The notes below the pieces were generated by a model that was given only the letters and a program-made list of their open reading frames with translations, searched no databases and had not been told where the DNA came from. A stretch of DNA of 62,727 bases from Candidatus Bathyarchaeota archaeon (GTDB lineage Archaea; Thermoproteota; Bathyarchaeia; TCS64), in contig JADHWM010000002.1 of NCBI GenBank assembly GCA_016783485.1, positions 1-62,727 of the forward strand, read 5' to 3'. Positions 1-10,651 of this stretch are shown piece after piece; within the stretch, counting starts at the first letter, position 1, and the number at the start of each line of letters is the position of its first letter. The translations under genes were made by a program, and so were the position numbers.

Positions 1-975
1 CACAGGCTCAATCCGTCGTCTTTGAAGATAGGGTACTCCACCCTCATGGAGGGCTTGAAGGGCACCGTCGAGGAGATACGGCCAGATATAGTCCACTCCC
101 ACAACCTACATCCCCACCTGTTCCAACTCATCAACTGGAAACAGGAAATTGGGTACGGCCTCGTCGCCCAGCTCCATTACCCCACCGTGACCGGGATAGA
201 CAGCGTCGTGGCACGGGGGCTCTACCGCCCGACGATGTGGAATCTCGCCCGGAACCAGGGGAAGGTTGACGGGGTTGTCGCTCACGGAGTCAAGGAACGG
301 GACTGGTTGGTGGGAGAAAAGATCGATGAAGAGAGGATACGGAAAATCAGATACCCCGCCGTGCCCGCTCGCCTCCTCGAATACGAGGGTAACCCCGTCC
401 CTGAACTGGAGGGCGTCGATGGCCCCGTCGTCCTATATATTGGCAGGATCACGTGGAGAAAGGGGGTGCACGTGCTCGTCGATGCGGTGAAGTCCCTCGT
501 CGAGGAGGCGCCCAACCTGCGTGTGGTTATCGCGGGGCCTCCCGAGAAAGACTACCTTGAGAAGATCAGGAGCGCAGTGGAACAGAAGGGCCTGCAGGAC
601 AATGTCGTGTTGGAGGGCGCTCTATCCGAAAAGAAAAAATACGACTACATGTGCGCCTCCACTGTCTTCGTATCCCCGAGCATCAAGGACATCCACCCCA
701 TAACTCTGTTGGAAGCCCAGGCCCTGGGAACCCCTGTGGTTTCCACGAACATTGCGGCGATACCCGACATCGTGCGGGACGGAGAAACGGGCATCTTGGT
801 TGAGTCCGAGGATCCCGAGGCTCTCAAAGAAGCAATCGGGAAGATAACGAGGGACGCCGCGCTGCGGCGAAGGCTTTCCCAAGGCGCTAGAGAATGGGCT
901 TCCAGCCTGTCCCTGGAGTCGTCGGTGGACTCCCTCGAAGATCTCTACTCGGATATACTTGAGAATCGGCGATGA
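1..975 (+). CDS. Glycosyltransferase family 4 (GT-B fold), 5'-truncated by window edge
   Basis: Frame 1 is open from nt 1 (first listed start TTG 22). C-terminal GT4 region HPITLLEAQALGTPVVSTNIAAIPDIVRDGETGILVE. The DIVHSHN motif, which normally lies well inside GT4 enzymes, is only ~20 aa from the ORF start, so the N-terminus lies outside the window. Confidence 0.85.
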   Translation, partial: HRLNPSSLKIGYSTLMEGLKGTVEEIRPDIVHSHNLHPHLFQLINWKQEIGYGLVAQLHYPTVTGIDSVVARGLYRPTMWNLARNQGKVDGVVAHGVKERDWLVGEKIDEERIRKIRYPAVPARLLEYEGNPVPELEGVDGPVVLYIGRITWRKGVHVLVDAVKSLVEEAPNLRVVIAGPPEKDYLEKIRSAVEQKGLQDNVVLEGALSEKKKYDYMCASTVFVSPSIKDIHPITLLEAQALGTPVVSTNIAAIPDIVRDGETGILVESEDPEALKEAIGKITRDAALRRRLSQGAREWASSLSLESSVDSLEDLYSDILENRR

Positions 976-1060
976 GTGACCAACTAACCTTGACCGCGAG
1001 GCGTTCAATATCCGGATACTCCTGACCCTGGGATACTACGAGACCGGGGGTTTCTCGACG

Positions 1061-2071
1061 GTGATCAACGCCCTGGCAGGGAACATGCAGGAACTAGGCC
1101 ACGATGTGACCGTTGCGGCTCACACCGTCAGGGTCGAGCCTCCCTCTGATATTAAGGTCCTGAAAGTACGCCCCGCGGATCTCTGTAAGATCGCCGAGAA
1201 GCATGACATGACCCATATCCATCTATCGTACCCCTTCACGAGAGCGGCCGTCAGAGACAAGCTGTCGCCATACCTGTTGACTCACCACGGTTACACGCCA
1301 TGGCACCTCGTCCCCGGGTTCTCTAACAAGGCCATCCATCTCGGGCTGCGCTGGAGATACAGTAGTCTGCTTCAGAGAGTTCCCCTGATTACCGCCGTTA
1401 GCCCCTTCGTCAGCGAACAGCTCCGAGAGCTTTACGCCTTGGACACCGTCGAGATACCCAACGGGGTGGAAGAGGTCTTTTTCGAGGAGGGGGACGACAT
1501 CGCTCTGGATGGTGATCCCGTTATATTCAACTCGACGGGCTGGAACTGGCAGAAGGGCGTCGACCTTCTTGTCCGGGACTTCTCCACGATAAAACAAACC
1601 CATCCCGAGGCGAAACTTTACGTGGTCGTCCCCCCGGCTCACAGAGACCTGCTGAATAAACATGTCGCCGATAACCAACTGAAACTGGGAGACGACGTCG
1701 TGGCCCTCCCCTACATGGAGCTCGAACGCCTTTCGAGCTACTACAGTTCCACGGACCTATACCTGCTTACCTCCCGGTGGGAGTCCTTCGGTTTACCTAT
1801 AATCGAGTCCTTCGCAAGCGGGACCCCTGTTCTCGGTCGTCGGGTCGAAGATGCAAGGGTGACCCATATCGAGGAGTCCGGGGGAGGGCTGCTGTATGGG
1901 AACGAGACCCAGCTATCGCAGAGACTGGAGAAAATCCTCGACGAGAGGCCCTCATACTCGGTGAGGTCCCGAGAATACGCCCAGAGATTCCATTGGAAAG
2001 ACGTCGTCGATCAATATCTCGAACTGTATCAACGAATCCAGGCTGACCCCAAGGCGTCTACGAACACCTGA
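1061..2071 (+). CDS. Glycosyltransferase family 4
   Basis: RWESFGLPIIESFASGTPVLGRRV GT4 motif. The conserved N-terminal strand/Gly loop RILLTLGYYETGGFSTV is encoded upstream (nt ~1013-1060) of the first canonical start GTG 1061, in the same frame (open from nt 980), so the start is uncertain. Confidence 0.8.
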   Translation: MINALAGNMQELGHDVTVAAHTVRVEPPSDIKVLKVRPADLCKIAEKHDMTHIHLSYPFTRAAVRDKLSPYLLTHHGYTPWHLVPGFSNKAIHLGLRWRYSSLLQRVPLITAVSPFVSEQLRELYALDTVEIPNGVEEVFFEEGDDIALDGDPVIFNSTGWNWQKGVDLLVRDFSTIKQTHPEAKLYVVVPPAHRDLLNKHVADNQLKLGDDVVALPYMELERLSSYYSSTDLYLLTSRWESFGLPIIESFASGTPVLGRRVEDARVTHIEESGGGLLYGNETQLSQRLEKILDERPSYSVRSREYAQRFHWKDVVDQYLELYQRIQADPKASTNT

Positions 2072-2081
2072 TAGTCTAACC

Positions 2082-2807
2082 TTGACTGTCCAACTCCTTC
2101 TCAGTTTCGATGACGCCACATCGCACAACATGAGAGCAGTGGGCCTCCTCGAGAAACACGGGCTCAAGGCCTGTTTCTACCTGGATACTGATGGAATCTC
2201 TATGGAGATGGACGAAAATGACGTCCGAGATATCTCCCAGTGCCACGAGATCGGTGGCCACACCGTGACCCACAGCAACCTGCTCGAGTTAGACCACGAG
2301 AGGGCGGCCTGGGAGGTCTTCGAGTCGAAAAAACGTCTAGAGAGCCTGCTGAAAAAACCCGTCGAGTCCTTCGCATACCCGTACGGGATATACGATGACC
2401 GGATCAAAAGCCTGCTTCCTGAGGCGGGCTATTCCAGCGGCAGAACCACGGAGCTCTACAACGTAGACATTGGCGACGATGTTTATGAGATCGGGGTCAC
2501 TCTATGGACCGATCCCCATCCCTATCGCCAAATATCCTCGGCTTTGAAGCTTCTGAGTCCCAAGAGGGTCATCTCGGAGCCGGCGCTCATCAAGAACTGG
2601 GGTAAATTCGCCGGATTCGTCCTCGAAGATATGCTCGAAGCGGGGAGGGGCGTGTTGCACGTACTAGTACACGCGCACTTTATCGAGGAGAGAGGCGAAT
2701 GGCACCGCCTCGAGCAATTGTTCGAGGACTTCGCCTCCAAAAACAATCTTCGCAACCCAACCATCACGGAGCACCTTGCATCGATCAAGGGAGGGCATCC
2801 AGCATAG
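2082..2807 (+). CDS. Polysaccharide deacetylase (NodB/CE4-like)
   Basis: LLLSFDDATSHN and GGHTVTHSNL motifs typical of NodB homology domain; TTG start. Confidence 0.8.
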   Translation: MTVQLLLSFDDATSHNMRAVGLLEKHGLKACFYLDTDGISMEMDENDVRDISQCHEIGGHTVTHSNLLELDHERAAWEVFESKKRLESLLKKPVESFAYPYGIYDDRIKSLLPEAGYSSGRTTELYNVDIGDDVYEIGVTLWTDPHPYRQISSALKLLSPKRVISEPALIKNWGKFAGFVLEDMLEAGRGVLHVLVHAHFIEERGEWHRLEQLFEDFASKNNLRNPTITEHLASIKGGHPA

Positions 2808-3979
2808 AGACCCTCAACATCGTTCTAGTGGAACTCCTGCTGGAGCCCTCCATCGGCGGGGGGCCCATCTCTGCGATTAATCTCACGAAGGCTCTCACCG
2901 ATAGGGGGCACAGCGTCACGTTGGTGCTGGGGGCGGACACCGACAGGAGAATTGCGGAATGGGTGAATGACGAGCTAGACTCCAACGTGGTCTACACTCT
3001 CGGCTACAGGGGTGTCACCAGTCTCAGAGCGGCACTAGACGATGCATCCGATATGATCGAAGGCCTATCATCTAATGTAGACGTGGTCAACGCTCACGGG
3101 ATCAGCGGATTGGCTGTGCCCGAGGAGATCACGGACAGGCTCGTGGTCACCAATCACGGCCACGTAAGCTCCCGGGGCGGGCACATTTTCTCCTCGACGA
3201 TCTTCAACAGATCGATGTGGTCGACTGGCTCCCTTTCGGAGGCAGCCCGGATCATGGTGGGTGGGGTGCTGCAGGGCGGGTACGAGAAAAGGGCCTGCAG
3301 GAGAGCCCAGATGGTCTTGACCCCGTCCCACTTCGAGAAAGGGCAGATCATCGGCGGCTATGGAATTGACGAGGAGAAAGTTCATCGAGTGCCCAACCTA
3401 ATATCTCTCCCAGAAATCGCCGGCACTAGTCCAAGCCCTGACTCCAAGAAGACTCTGCTCTACGTGGGGGGGCTCTCCACCGCGAAGGGCACGCCTCTCC
3501 TAGTTAAAGCCGCTCGATACATCCTGGGACGAGACCCCGAAGCTGGATTGACCGTCGCGGGTGATGGCCCTTTGAGGGGGATGGTTCAGAGGCTCACGCG
3601 AGATTTCCCGGAGAGGGTCAGATATCAAGGTGTCGTCCACGGAGACGCGCTCTCCTCTTTATACTCGAACGCCTGGGCCTTCCTTTTCCCGAGCCTTTAC
3701 GAGTCTTTCGGCCTCTCCATAGCCGAGGCCCTATCCATGGGCCTACCCGTGATTGCGTACGATGCCACGGCTATCCCCGAGATGGTCATCGACGGGGAGA
3801 ACGGCGTCCTAGCGAAGCCATACGACGTGGATGACATCGCGGAGAAGGCGTTGGCTCTCCTAACTGATCCCGATGAGCGCACAAGGATGAGCGGGAACGC
3901 GAGGAGGATCGTGGAGACGCTGACGGATTCAGACCGCACCATAGCCTCGCTGGAGAAACACTATCGTGAAGTTGCCTAG
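2699..3979 (+). CDS. Glycosyltransferase family 4
   Basis: YESFGLSIAEALSMGLPVIAYDATAIPEMVIDGENGVL. The ATG at 2699 gives a 109-nt overlap with the deacetylase. The conserved N-terminus starts near LNIVLVELLLEPSIGGGP (nt ~2813); an in-frame GTG at 2828 is an alternative start. Confidence 0.8.
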   Translation: MAPPRAIVRGLRLQKQSSQPNHHGAPCIDQGRASSIETLNIVLVELLLEPSIGGGPISAINLTKALTDRGHSVTLVLGADTDRRIAEWVNDELDSNVVYTLGYRGVTSLRAALDDASDMIEGLSSNVDVVNAHGISGLAVPEEITDRLVVTNHGHVSSRGGHIFSSTIFNRSMWSTGSLSEAARIMVGGVLQGGYEKRACRRAQMVLTPSHFEKGQIIGGYGIDEEKVHRVPNLISLPEIAGTSPSPDSKKTLLYVGGLSTAKGTPLLVKAARYILGRDPEAGLTVAGDGPLRGMVQRLTRDFPERVRYQGVVHGDALSSLYSNAWAFLFPSLYESFGLSIAEALSMGLPVIAYDATAIPEMVIDGENGVLAKPYDVDDIAEKALALLTDPDERTRMSGNARRIVETLTDSDRTIASLEKHYREVA

Positions 3980-5735
3980 CAAACCCTTCGAGTTCCCCCG
4001 GGACGTTGATTGGCGCTCCCCGGACACTTTGAAGAAAGCGGCTCTCATCCTCTGCATAATCGTATACGCCTCTTTCATCACCTCGATCTTTTCGTTGCGC
4101 CCCGTGGATCAAGTCCCCCCCGACCCATATTTCCTATTCAACAATCTACCGATCACTTATTGGGTCGGGATCGTCTGCCTCGTTGCCCTGGTCTTCCTCG
4201 TAGTCATCCGGGAAGAGGTCATGGAGCATACTCTGAGCAACCTGATCACGGCGACGGTCGTCGTGCTGTTGCCCTCGTATATTTTCGCCATCCCCCGGCT
4301 GATCTACTGGAACGTGATCTACACCGACACGTTCCAATTCGTCGCCCAAACCCTATATGTCCAGAAGACCGGGCACAACGTCATCGGGAACGAGACCCCC
4401 GGCCTGATCAGCTTCATGTCCGGGATACTGGTGGATATTGCCGGCTTCGACCTGTTCGCGTACGCAAAGTATTCACCCATCTTCGTCTCGATATTCATCT
4501 CCCTGATGATCTACGCGCTATCCCGAATCATCCTGAAAGACCGGAGATTCCCCCTCGTCGCGGTGGTGGCGTTCCACGCCCTGTCGTGGACGGGATTGGC
4601 ATACAACCGCCAGTCCTTCGCTTTCATCTACCAGTATCTCGCCTGGATGCTGATCGTGAAGTTATCGTTGCAGACGTATGACCGGCCGACGGTGATCCAG
4701 TATCTCTTCGTTCTCACGGCCCTCACGATATCCCACCCCGCCTCCTCCCTACTGATATCCCTCACCCCTGTCGTCATCATCATCACTAGGAAGGTTCTCG
4801 AGACGTTGGAGCCCGAAAAGGATTGGAGCGCCCTGAGAATGAATCCCACGCTGGCGATACTCAGCTCGGTGTCCTGGCTGCTGTGGCAGATCAACTTCGC
4901 GGCGTCCTTCACGGCGCTCATTGAGCAGTTCAAGATCACATCTACCAACTTCTTGGGCGAGCCGGACCCCATCGCCCACGCGGTAGTGTCGGGGTACATG
5001 CCCTCCTATCATATAATTGCGAACCTGAGGCAGTACTCATCCTACTATATCCTCCTCACCGGGCTGCTATTCTTCTTGCTCACCGTGAGGAAGGATATCA
5101 ACATGAAGATGGCCGTATCGTTATTCAGCCTCTGCGTCTCTCCTTTCCCCTTCGTGCTGTACGCGAACAGGTGGAGGATGATCCCCTTCATGTACGCGAT
5201 TCTGCCCTGGTCGATCATGTTCGCAGGTGCCCTGAAGTACCTTAAACCGCCCGAGGGGAGGCTCTACGAGGTCGTCGCCGAGAGGGGGAAAGCACTGCTT
5301 ATGTTATCCATCCTGTTCTTCCTGCTCCTGGTTCCCCTCACCATGTATGGCCCCGCGGCCCACATGTATCCCCCCTCAACGGAGCTCTCTCTGATGGATT
5401 ATCTCACGAGTTACGGGAAGGGGTCCGTGGCGGTATTAGACCCCGGGACAACCATCTCATCCTACTACGAGGCGGACAGACTCGATAACGAGGTTGTCTA
5501 CATCGTCCGTTTCCCCTTCATCCACGAGACGGGGCTGGACCTCGAGAACGTGCACTATTTCCAGATCATCATGCCCACCTTCAGGGCCTACTCGAAGGCC
5601 GCCTACATCCAGACATATCCCATGTACGATGTGGCAACGGACAACTTTGTCGATATGCTCAACCTTCACACCTCCTGGGCGAGGGTCTTCGACTCCGATG
5701 ATTGGCACGTGGCGTTCGCTCGGGTGAAGGGGTGA
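3966..5735 (+). CDS. Polytopic integral membrane protein with C-terminal soluble domain (possible glycan polymerase or GT-C-type transferase)
   Basis: 589-aa ORF with many hydrophobic helices and coding-like composition; GTG start overlaps the upstream stop by 14 nt. No family-specific motif recognised. Confidence 0.7.
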   Translation: MKLPSKPFEFPRDVDWRSPDTLKKAALILCIIVYASFITSIFSLRPVDQVPPDPYFLFNNLPITYWVGIVCLVALVFLVVIREEVMEHTLSNLITATVVVLLPSYIFAIPRLIYWNVIYTDTFQFVAQTLYVQKTGHNVIGNETPGLISFMSGILVDIAGFDLFAYAKYSPIFVSIFISLMIYALSRIILKDRRFPLVAVVAFHALSWTGLAYNRQSFAFIYQYLAWMLIVKLSLQTYDRPTVIQYLFVLTALTISHPASSLLISLTPVVIIITRKVLETLEPEKDWSALRMNPTLAILSSVSWLLWQINFAASFTALIEQFKITSTNFLGEPDPIAHAVVSGYMPSYHIIANLRQYSSYYILLTGLLFFLLTVRKDINMKMAVSLFSLCVSPFPFVLYANRWRMIPFMYAILPWSIMFAGALKYLKPPEGRLYEVVAERGKALLMLSILFFLLLVPLTMYGPAAHMYPPSTELSLMDYLTSYGKGSVAVLDPGTTISSYYEADRLDNEVVYIVRFPFIHETGLDLENVHYFQIIMPTFRAYSKAAYIQTYPMYDVATDNFVDMLNLHTSWARVFDSDDWHVAFARVKG

Positions 5736-5742
5736 CTTTGGC

Positions 5743-6405
5743 GTGACGCGGCGGCCCTTGACCAGTATATTCGTACACGAGACAGCCCTGGGGCTCACGG
5801 ACAACATCACTCCCGGGCTGGCCATCGACGCCGGCTCTGGCCAGGGCGCATTCACGGAGAGCCTCCTGGAGAGGGGGTTCCCCGTGGTCATGTTGGACAG
5901 GGACGACTCGTTCGCGCGTTTCAGGCCGAAGGGGGCGGACCTAGTTGTCGTGGATCTCAACCACGGCGTCCCGTTTAGAGACGGTTGCGTCGATCATCTC
6001 TTCGCCATCGAGGTCGTCGAGCACCTTTGGAATCCCTACGGATTCATCGGTGAGGCGTCCAGGCTGCTCCGGGGAGGCGGCACGTTCATGATGTCGACCC
6101 CCAACGTGGAGAACATCTGGCAGAAGGTCATCTACCTGCTCACGGGGAGATTCCTCTATTTCAAGCCCCGTAACGTTAACGCGGAGGGGGATCATTTCTC
6201 ACCGATCTTCGATACGAGCCTCAGGGCATACTGTAAAAAGGTCTTCGAGTTAGTGTCGGTCAGGTACAACGCCTGTTTCATCCCCTTCATCGGGAAGCTG
6301 GGGTTCCTGAAGCCGGTGACCCAGCTCAACTCCCTGAAGAACCGCAAGTCCCTGGGGGAGATAGCGATCTACCGGTTCAAGAAACGCCCCGAATCATCGA
6401 CCTGA
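5743..6405 (+). CDS. Class I SAM-dependent methyltransferase
   Basis: Motif I AIDAGSGQGAF; LFAIEVVEHLWNP and GGTFMMSTPN motifs. Confidence 0.8.
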   Translation: MTRRPLTSIFVHETALGLTDNITPGLAIDAGSGQGAFTESLLERGFPVVMLDRDDSFARFRPKGADLVVVDLNHGVPFRDGCVDHLFAIEVVEHLWNPYGFIGEASRLLRGGGTFMMSTPNVENIWQKVIYLLTGRFLYFKPRNVNAEGDHFSPIFDTSLRAYCKKVFELVSVRYNACFIPFIGKLGFLKPVTQLNSLKNRKSLGEIAIYRFKKRPESST

Positions 6406-7511
6406 TGACCGATCTCAGAGTCGCCCTCACGAGGGCGGGGGACCTCTCCGTCCCCGACGGCGTCAACACCTACGTCCTGAACCTGGCGGCGGCTCTCGCT
6501 GAGAGAGACGTGGAGGTCAACGTGGTGTGCGGTTCCAACGTCGGAGGAGTCAGCGTCGAGGGCGTCGATGTGCAGGCGCTCTCAGAGAGTAATCTGAACT
6601 CGGACAACTCGAGGCGGGTTCTTGCTTGGATGAATGATGGAGCCAGGGCTCTTAAGCGGATCCAGCCGGACATAATCCATTTCAACGGCATCGTCCCGGT
6701 GTCGGTGAAGGGCGGAAAAGTCGCGACGAACCACGGCCTCGTCGACACGTCCCCCTCTCAAAGAATGTATGCCAAGACCCTGTACAACTCCTATGCGGAT
6801 TTCGTGATCTGCTCCACAACCGCCCACAAGATGGAGCTTGAGTCGCTCGGGGTAAAGACGGATAAGTTAGTGGTGATCTCCCCGGGAATCGAGACCGGGG
6901 AGTTCGAGAACAGATCATTAGAGGAACGTGAGGACGCCCTCCTATTCGTCAACCCGTTTCCCAACAAGAATCTGGAGACCGTGGTTCGATCCCTGAAGTT
7001 GATCGGGGAACTGATCCCCGCGATCACCCTATATATAGTCGGTGAAGGCGACGAAGGATACCTGAATACCTGCATGGACTTGGCGGAGGAGCTGGGGGTA
7101 CGTTCGAGCATCTCCCATCTCGGTTTCGTGTCGCGGGAACGTCTCAGGGACCTGCTGAGCATGGTGAAGGTAGTGGTGGCGCCCTCTTTCTACGAGAGCT
7201 TCGGCTACATAGTCCTAGAGGCGATGTGCAGCGGCACGCCGGTCATCGGCAGCGACAGAATTACCCCGGACCTGTTGAGACCGGGATTCACGAGATATGC
7301 CGTGGCCCCCGAAGATCACATCGCCCTGGCGGAGGGGGCCGTTGAGCTGCTGTCCGACCAGGCGAGGTGGGCGGAACTCTCCGCCAACTCTCTGGACCGA
7401 GCCAAACATTTCGACAACGACGTCGTCGTCCCCCAGATAATCGACCTATATGAGCGACTGTCGAGCGGCGTTAGATGCGGGCCCCCATCCCTGATCCGAG
7501 ATAATGTTTGA
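6405..7511 (+). CDS. Glycosyltransferase family 4
   Basis: YESFGYIVLEAMCSGTPVIGSD; start shares one nt with upstream stop (TGATG). Confidence 0.85.
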   Translation: MTDLRVALTRAGDLSVPDGVNTYVLNLAAALAERDVEVNVVCGSNVGGVSVEGVDVQALSESNLNSDNSRRVLAWMNDGARALKRIQPDIIHFNGIVPVSVKGGKVATNHGLVDTSPSQRMYAKTLYNSYADFVICSTTAHKMELESLGVKTDKLVVISPGIETGEFENRSLEEREDALLFVNPFPNKNLETVVRSLKLIGELIPAITLYIVGEGDEGYLNTCMDLAEELGVRSSISHLGFVSRERLRDLLSMVKVVVAPSFYESFGYIVLEAMCSGTPVIGSDRITPDLLRPGFTRYAVAPEDHIALAEGAVELLSDQARWAELSANSLDRAKHFDNDVVVPQIIDLYERLSSGVRCGPPSLIRDNV

Positions 7512-8259
7512 GTTGCTCTCCTTCTCGTTCTCGGCGTTGGGGTCTCTGGTGTCGCTGGGGTTTCCTTTCACGAGGCAAACCGTCCTGTTCCTATTTCCCA
7601 AGCGCTTCATCCCCCTGTTTCTGGCGGCGCTCGAGCGGAGCATCGGGCTTCTGGCCCGGGTTAACCCATGGCTGGGGCACTACATCAGCGAGAGGGTCAT
7701 CGAGTACTCCTTCGTCGTGGAGAGCCTCGCCGCCATCCCTGCTGCGAGGGTGCTGGACGTCGGGTGCTGCGAGAGTTTCTTCACCCACTATCTCATCGAG
7801 AAGGGCTTCGACACCTACGGCATCGATGTACGCCCCTACCCCGAGAAGAGCCCCCGGCTCAACTTCATTCAGGCGAACACTTGGGACACGCCCTTCGAGG
7901 ACGGCTATTTCGGGGTCATCGTCGTGGTCTCAACCTTAGAGCACGTCGGCCTAGGCGCCTACGGGGGGCCCGTGGAGGATGAGGGGGATCTCATGACTAT
8001 GAGGGAGTTGAGGAGGATCCTGGAGAACAAAGGAACGCTGTTGCTGACGCTGCCGGTGAGTTCCGAGTACTCCGTGGACTGGGAACGTCGGTACGACTGC
8101 GACCGGCTCATAAGGCTCCTCGAGGGATTCACATTGGAACGGGGGGAGATCTGGCTCCACGAATCGAGGAGATGGGTCGAGACCCGAATAGACGACATCG
8201 AATCGATGCGGGACGCGATTGGGGAGGGCCTCGCGTGCCTCGAGCTCTCCAAGAGATGA
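7504..8259 (+). CDS. SAM-dependent methyltransferase
   Basis: VLDVGCCESFFTHYLIEKGFDTYGIDV (motif I plus acidic loop) and VVSTLEHVG; 8-nt overlap with upstream gene. Confidence 0.75.
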   Translation: MFELLSFSFSALGSLVSLGFPFTRQTVLFLFPKRFIPLFLAALERSIGLLARVNPWLGHYISERVIEYSFVVESLAAIPAARVLDVGCCESFFTHYLIEKGFDTYGIDVRPYPEKSPRLNFIQANTWDTPFEDGYFGVIVVVSTLEHVGLGAYGGPVEDEGDLMTMRELRRILENKGTLLLTLPVSSEYSVDWERRYDCDRLIRLLEGFTLERGEIWLHESRRWVETRIDDIESMRDAIGEGLACLELSKR

Positions 8260-9422
8260 AGGGGCGTCGGGAGGGGCGAGCCATGAATGTACTGTGGACC
8301 GCTGACCAGTATGACATGCAGCTCGGTGACCCCCGGGGAATATTCAACTACCTGTCGAACCTCGGCGAGGGCTTGAACGCGTCTCCCCGTATCACGCTGT
8401 CCGCTCTGAGGTTCATTAAATCCTCCACGAGCCTCAGCGAGAGAGATGTAACCATTTCCCTTCCTTCGCCGTCGCCGTTCTTCCTCTCCCTCAGAAACCT
8501 GACCCTTTCCATTACCCCCCTGGGTTCCCCCCTCTTTGACGGCGTAGATCTCCTCCACATCACTACATGGGGGGCGAGTTACACCCCCCTGCTGTTGTCC
8601 CGGAGATTGAGGGGGGTCGAGGTCGTCGCCACGGTCCACGACATCGGGAACGCGTTGCATCCCGACCTGTACCGCTACGGCTCGCTGGAACGATCCGCCC
8701 TCCTCAGCAGCCTGAGACAGCTGGCTCGGTCCGGCTGCGCGGTCATCGCCGTCTCCGAGTCCACCAAACGGGACCTGGTTCACTACATAGGGATCTCCGA
8801 GGATCTGGTTTTCGTCGTCCAGGAGGGCGTCGACGACCTCTTCAGACCAGTCGAGTACGAGGGTGCGAGGAATTTTCTTCGCGAAAACTACGGCGTCGAG
8901 AACGAGTATGCCCTTTACGTCGGGAGTTCTCATCCCCGGAAGAATCTCCGCCGGCTCCTCGAGGCCTTCTGTTCAGCGAAATCAGCTGGGCTCCCATGGG
9001 ATCTATTGCTCGTCGGGGTTCCTCCGGAAGACCTGGCGGCGATGCCTGGAGCGAATACGGATGATGTTCGCGCGCTCGGCTACGTGCCCCGGAAGCACCT
9101 CCCCTTTTTCTTCGGCGCCTGCGAGGCCTTCGTCTTTCCGAGCCTCTATGAGGGATTCGGGCTCCCCGTTCTTGAGGCGATGGCCTGCGGTGCACCTGTC
9201 ATCGCATCGAACAGGAGCAGCCTGCCCGAACTCGTGGGAGAAGCGGGGCTCCTGGTGGACCCCTACGATGTCGGATGCCTGTCTGAGTCGATGATGAGGC
9301 TCCATCATGATGAGGGGCTGCGAACCGCGTTGAGGCGAAAGAGCGTCGAGCGGGCCCGCCTGTTCACTTGGGATAAAGCCGTTGAGGGAACCTTGAGGGT
9401 GTACGAGAAATGCCTGATGTGA
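8256..9422 (+). CDS. Glycosyltransferase family 4
   Basis: [39 protein letters not shown]. The ORF is open from 8172, but ATG 8256 forms an ATGA overlap with the upstream stop (ATG 8283 is also possible). Confidence 0.85.
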   Translation: MKGRREGRAMNVLWTADQYDMQLGDPRGIFNYLSNLGEGLNASPRITLSALRFIKSSTSLSERDVTISLPSPSPFFLSLRNLTLSITPLGSPLFDGVDLLHITTWGASYTPLLLSRRLRGVEVVATVHDIGNALHPDLYRYGSLERSALLSSLRQLARSGCAVIAVSESTKRDLVHYIGISEDLVFVVQEGVDDLFRPVEYEGARNFLRENYGVENEYALYVGSSHPRKNLRRLLEAFCSAKSAGLPWDLLLVGVPPEDLAAMPGANTDDVRALGYVPRKHLPFFFGACEAFVFPSLYEGFGLPVLEAMACGAPVIASNRSSLPELVGEAGLLVDPYDVGCLSESMMRLHHDEGLRTALRRKSVERARLFTWDKAVEGTLRVYEKCLM

Positions 9423-10582
9423 CCCTCATAGGGAACACGCTGAACACCATGGGCGGGGGGGAGAGGGTGACCGCCCACATGCTGCTGACGCTGGAGGCGC
9501 TGGGGCACGATGTCACCCTGATGACCTGGGACAGCCCGGACTGGGACAGGATCGACCGTCTGTTTCACGATGAGATCAGGCTTTCCAACCACGTGGAAAG
9601 CGCGGAGCCCCTCGGGCCTGATTACGTCCCCTTGGACAGGGTTGGCTGGTCGGATGCCCTCCGCTGGCTCGAGCGGTCTCGAAGGATTTATCGTAAAACC
9701 GACTTGGTCGTGAATTCCCAGGGGAACACGGTGCCGGCTTATGCCCACGTTTCCTATGTTCATTTCCCCACATTCGCGCTGCTCCATCCGGCGCTGGAAG
9801 AGATAGCCAAACACCATCTCTCAGCATACGTTTCGTCTAGGAAGGACGAGATGATGATGAGGGTGAGGCAGCCCGTGTACAAGTCCCTCATGGAGCACTC
9901 TGCCGTGGTCTTGGCCAACTCCCATTTCACGAAAAGCTGCCTGGACAAGGTTGTGGATGCGGAGACCAGCGTCCTCTATCCCCCCGTCGAGGCCGAGGAC
10001 ATCATCGGGGTCGCCGAATCGGCGGGTGACCGAGGGAACACCGTGGTGACCATCTCCCACATACGCCGGGACAAGCGGCTGGAAATGATACCCGAGATCG
10101 CTAAGAAGGTCGAGGAAGCGGAGTTTCGCGTCATAGGCCACATCCACGACAGCGACTATCACGGGGAACTCCTCCGAGCGACGGAGGACATTGGCGTCGA
10201 GGACCGGGTCAGTTTCGAGACGGGACTCGACCGGGTAGGCCTCTTGCGCAGCATCGTGGAGGCCAAGGTCTACCTCCACACGATGCCCTACGAACACTTC
10301 GGGATCTCCCCCGTGGAGGCCATGGCCGCGGGGCTCGTGCCCGTGGTCCACCGCTCGGGGGGGCCGTATCGGGATATGCTGGACGGCAAGCAAGGGGAGT
10401 ACGGTTACTGGTACGAGGGGGTTCAGGATGCCGCGGAGCGGATAACGGGGCTCCTCGGCGACGAACGGCTCAGGGAGAGCCTCAGCGAGAAATGCGTCGA
10501 GCGTTCCAAGATGTTTGACACCGGAGTGTTCAGGGAGCGTTTCTCATCATATATCGATCTCGCCCTGGATGGATCTCGTTGA
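9410..10582 (+). CDS. Glycosyltransferase family 4
   Basis: N-terminal GGGERV...LGHDVTL and C-terminal YEHFGISPVEAMAAGLVPVVHRSGGP; 13-nt overlap with upstream gene. Confidence 0.8.
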   Translation: MPDVTLIGNTLNTMGGGERVTAHMLLTLEALGHDVTLMTWDSPDWDRIDRLFHDEIRLSNHVESAEPLGPDYVPLDRVGWSDALRWLERSRRIYRKTDLVVNSQGNTVPAYAHVSYVHFPTFALLHPALEEIAKHHLSAYVSSRKDEMMMRVRQPVYKSLMEHSAVVLANSHFTKSCLDKVVDAETSVLYPPVEAEDIIGVAESAGDRGNTVVTISHIRRDKRLEMIPEIAKKVEEAEFRVIGHIHDSDYHGELLRATEDIGVEDRVSFETGLDRVGLLRSIVEAKVYLHTMPYEHFGISPVEAMAAGLVPVVHRSGGPYRDMLDGKQGEYGYWYEGVQDAAERITGLLGDERLRESLSEKCVERSKMFDTGVFRERFSSYIDLALDGSR

Positions 10583-10651
10583 ACACGTTGATCCATGGGA
10601 AGACGGGATCGCATACATACTCGAGGCACCGATTATAGGTAAGATTAAACG

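Noticed and set aside
3966-5735. AglB/STT3 oligosaccharyltransferase (also considered for 22452..24080 and 13275..14273)
   Set aside because: No WWDYG motif or STT3-like loop signatures were seen, so only a generic membrane / GT-C-like call is justified.
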